A stretch of 64,000 nucleotides of DNA from Mytilus trossulus (taxonomy: Eukaryota), in NCBI RefSeq assembly GCF_036588685.1, contig NC_086383.1, positions 9,982,001 to 10,046,000 of the forward strand. Reading direction: 5' to 3'. The notes beneath the pieces were generated by a model. It saw only the letters and a list, made by a program, of their open reading frames with translations, ran no database searches and was not told the DNA's origin. This document shows positions 62,111-64,000 of the stretch, piece after piece; the stretch's first letter is position 1, and every line of letters begins with the position of its first letter. The translations under genes and the position numbers were made by a program.

Positions 62111-63865
62111 CCAGGAGTCTCAAAGTAGTCAGGAATAAATACGACCATTCACATTTCAGGCATAACACAGTTATTGTCTATTCGTTCCGTTGGTCGGAAA
62201 AGACTTTGGGATTTTCACTTTATTGTTAATGAACTTATCCTATTTGCATTCAGTTCAGTATCGTTATTTCTGTTATATCTTTGTAATATATGGTTTCGGT
62301 ATGAACTGGTACAATGTATTGACAGTTTAATATAATGTTTATAATAGACATTATTATGTTCATTTAAAAAGGAATATCTAGTGGAAAAAAATCACATTAG
62401 CTATACACAATTTTGCTTATCCATTAACAAATATGGATGCTAGGATTGATATCGAACAATAACATCCACTTTAAATATAAAAATTTACCAAGTCGTTGTT
62501 TAAAAATTCAATATTCTTATGACTTCTATACACCTTTATTTTGAAATCTAGTATAATTAAGTTATATTCAATTGCGTAAGCTGCTCTCGAATGTAAAATG
62601 CTTAAAGGGAGTACTTGTGTATGTCCCATGCTGATATATAGTTTACACTTTCTATGAAAAAGTTCGTAAAGATAAAAAAAAAGAATGTACAGATGAAAAA
62701 TACAAGACGAAGGGGAGAATGTACAACAAAATTGCAATATAAAAATTATGAAAGGAAAACAACAGTCCATATAAAAAACTAAGAATCTTTATTGCATACT
62801 GCTAAGTGCGCTTATTTCTCATTAAATATCCTACTAACTATTGTAGGATATTAAGATGATAAGTTTTTTGCAAGATTTACATCTTATTTAAATAATTTAA
62901 AACGCATGAACATAACAGTCCATTTACATGATATAGGATCACTTAGAAACATGTCTTCTAAACGAACACGGTTGGATACGAACATCTATTATTCCATTCT
63001 GTCTCTTTTTGTTCTCAGAGTATGTACAAATTTTATGTTATGATTAAAACAAAACTAAGTGTTCATTTGTGTAGCAGGTACATTGAAGTAGTCAGGTTTA
63101 ATAACATTAACTGTACCAATGTTTTCTGCACCAGATTCGCATTTAACCCCACGTTTACGACAGTTGTATTAAATTCCCCAAAAATCAATACAACTTATGT
63201 TTTTTTTCTGGGTTACTGTTTACCTGTGAATTGATGAGCATGCACTAGTTTGTTTTAGCACAAATGCATCTTTTAATTCTGTAAATGCAAAACGCTGAAC
63301 TATAATAATGACACAATAATTATTTTATCAAACAAAACATAGTTTTAAAGTTATCAGAAAAAAATTATCTGTTGAAACAATAACAGAATACTACATGTAA
63401 CTATCAAATAAGTGTGTTCACTCAAATAAACAACTTCAGCACAAGATACATGGAGAATAATGAGATGTGCAATGTATAACTATATGACAATTCCTTCAGA
63501 AGAATATAATAGCAGATGTTAGTCGAATATCGCTAAACAACATAATTTCAAGACTGAAAGCATCATTGAAGATGTGTCAATCGTGCTTCTTGCTTAACGT
63601 GCTTAAACAATTTCACAGTCAGAAAGAAGATAATCTTCCTTTTAAAAACATCACTCAAACTCTTAGCCGATGAGTCTTTGGTATTATATCTAAAAGATAA
63701 GAGACATAAAGCAAATGTGTATTGTTCTTTACATCATTAATTTGATAATAAAAACATGTCTATAGCAGAGAAAGTTGCATCAGCACTTATAATGGTTTCT
63801 GTCTCTCAATGTTAACAGTCATCTTTTAATATTGATGATCAGTTATGTAAGCACCCGATAAGTAT

Positions 63866-64000
63866 AAAAGAGAAGATGTGGTATCATTGCCAATGAGTCA
63901 ACTATCCACATAAGACCAAAATGACACAGATATTAACAAGCATAGGTCACCGTACGGCCTTCAACAATGAGCAAAGCCCATACCACATAGTCAGCTATAA
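63866..64000 (+). repeat. High-copy dispersed repeat (related copies at about 55975-56180, 26712-26900 and 40490-40570)
   Basis: Shared gaagatgtggtat..tgccaatgagacaact..ggtcaccgtacggccttcaac motif. Confidence 0.7.

Overview
AT-rich, intron-containing animal genomic DNA. The repeat families and the hammerhead retrozymes suggest a mytilid bivalve (inference). The window holds two diverged tandem copies (about 0.5-24.4 kb and about 40-58 kb) of a cassette. Each cassette has a plus-strand type I membrane protein gene built from thyroglobulin type-1 (Tg1) and Ig-like exons, and a convergent minus-strand CUB-domain gene (PAN/EGF-like/CUB in the second copy). The two copies carry reciprocal inactivating lesions. 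Between them lies an intact cGAS-like receptor (Mab-21 nucleotidyltransferase, 27661-29466, minus strand, one long coding exon). It has a complete GS..DEFD..D catalytic signature, an unusual HCxxC insertion and a C-terminal CaaX box (CSIL*) resembling the prenylated antiviral OAS1 p46 tail (CTIL*). An inverted, decayed paralog lies 4 kb upstream. The remainder is transposon-rich: a truncated CR1/L2-type LINE, Penelope-like RT fragments, minimal hammerhead ribozymes/retrozymes, MITEs, Helentron-like elements and SINEs. Exon models were read by eye from splice sites and phase and have no transcript support.
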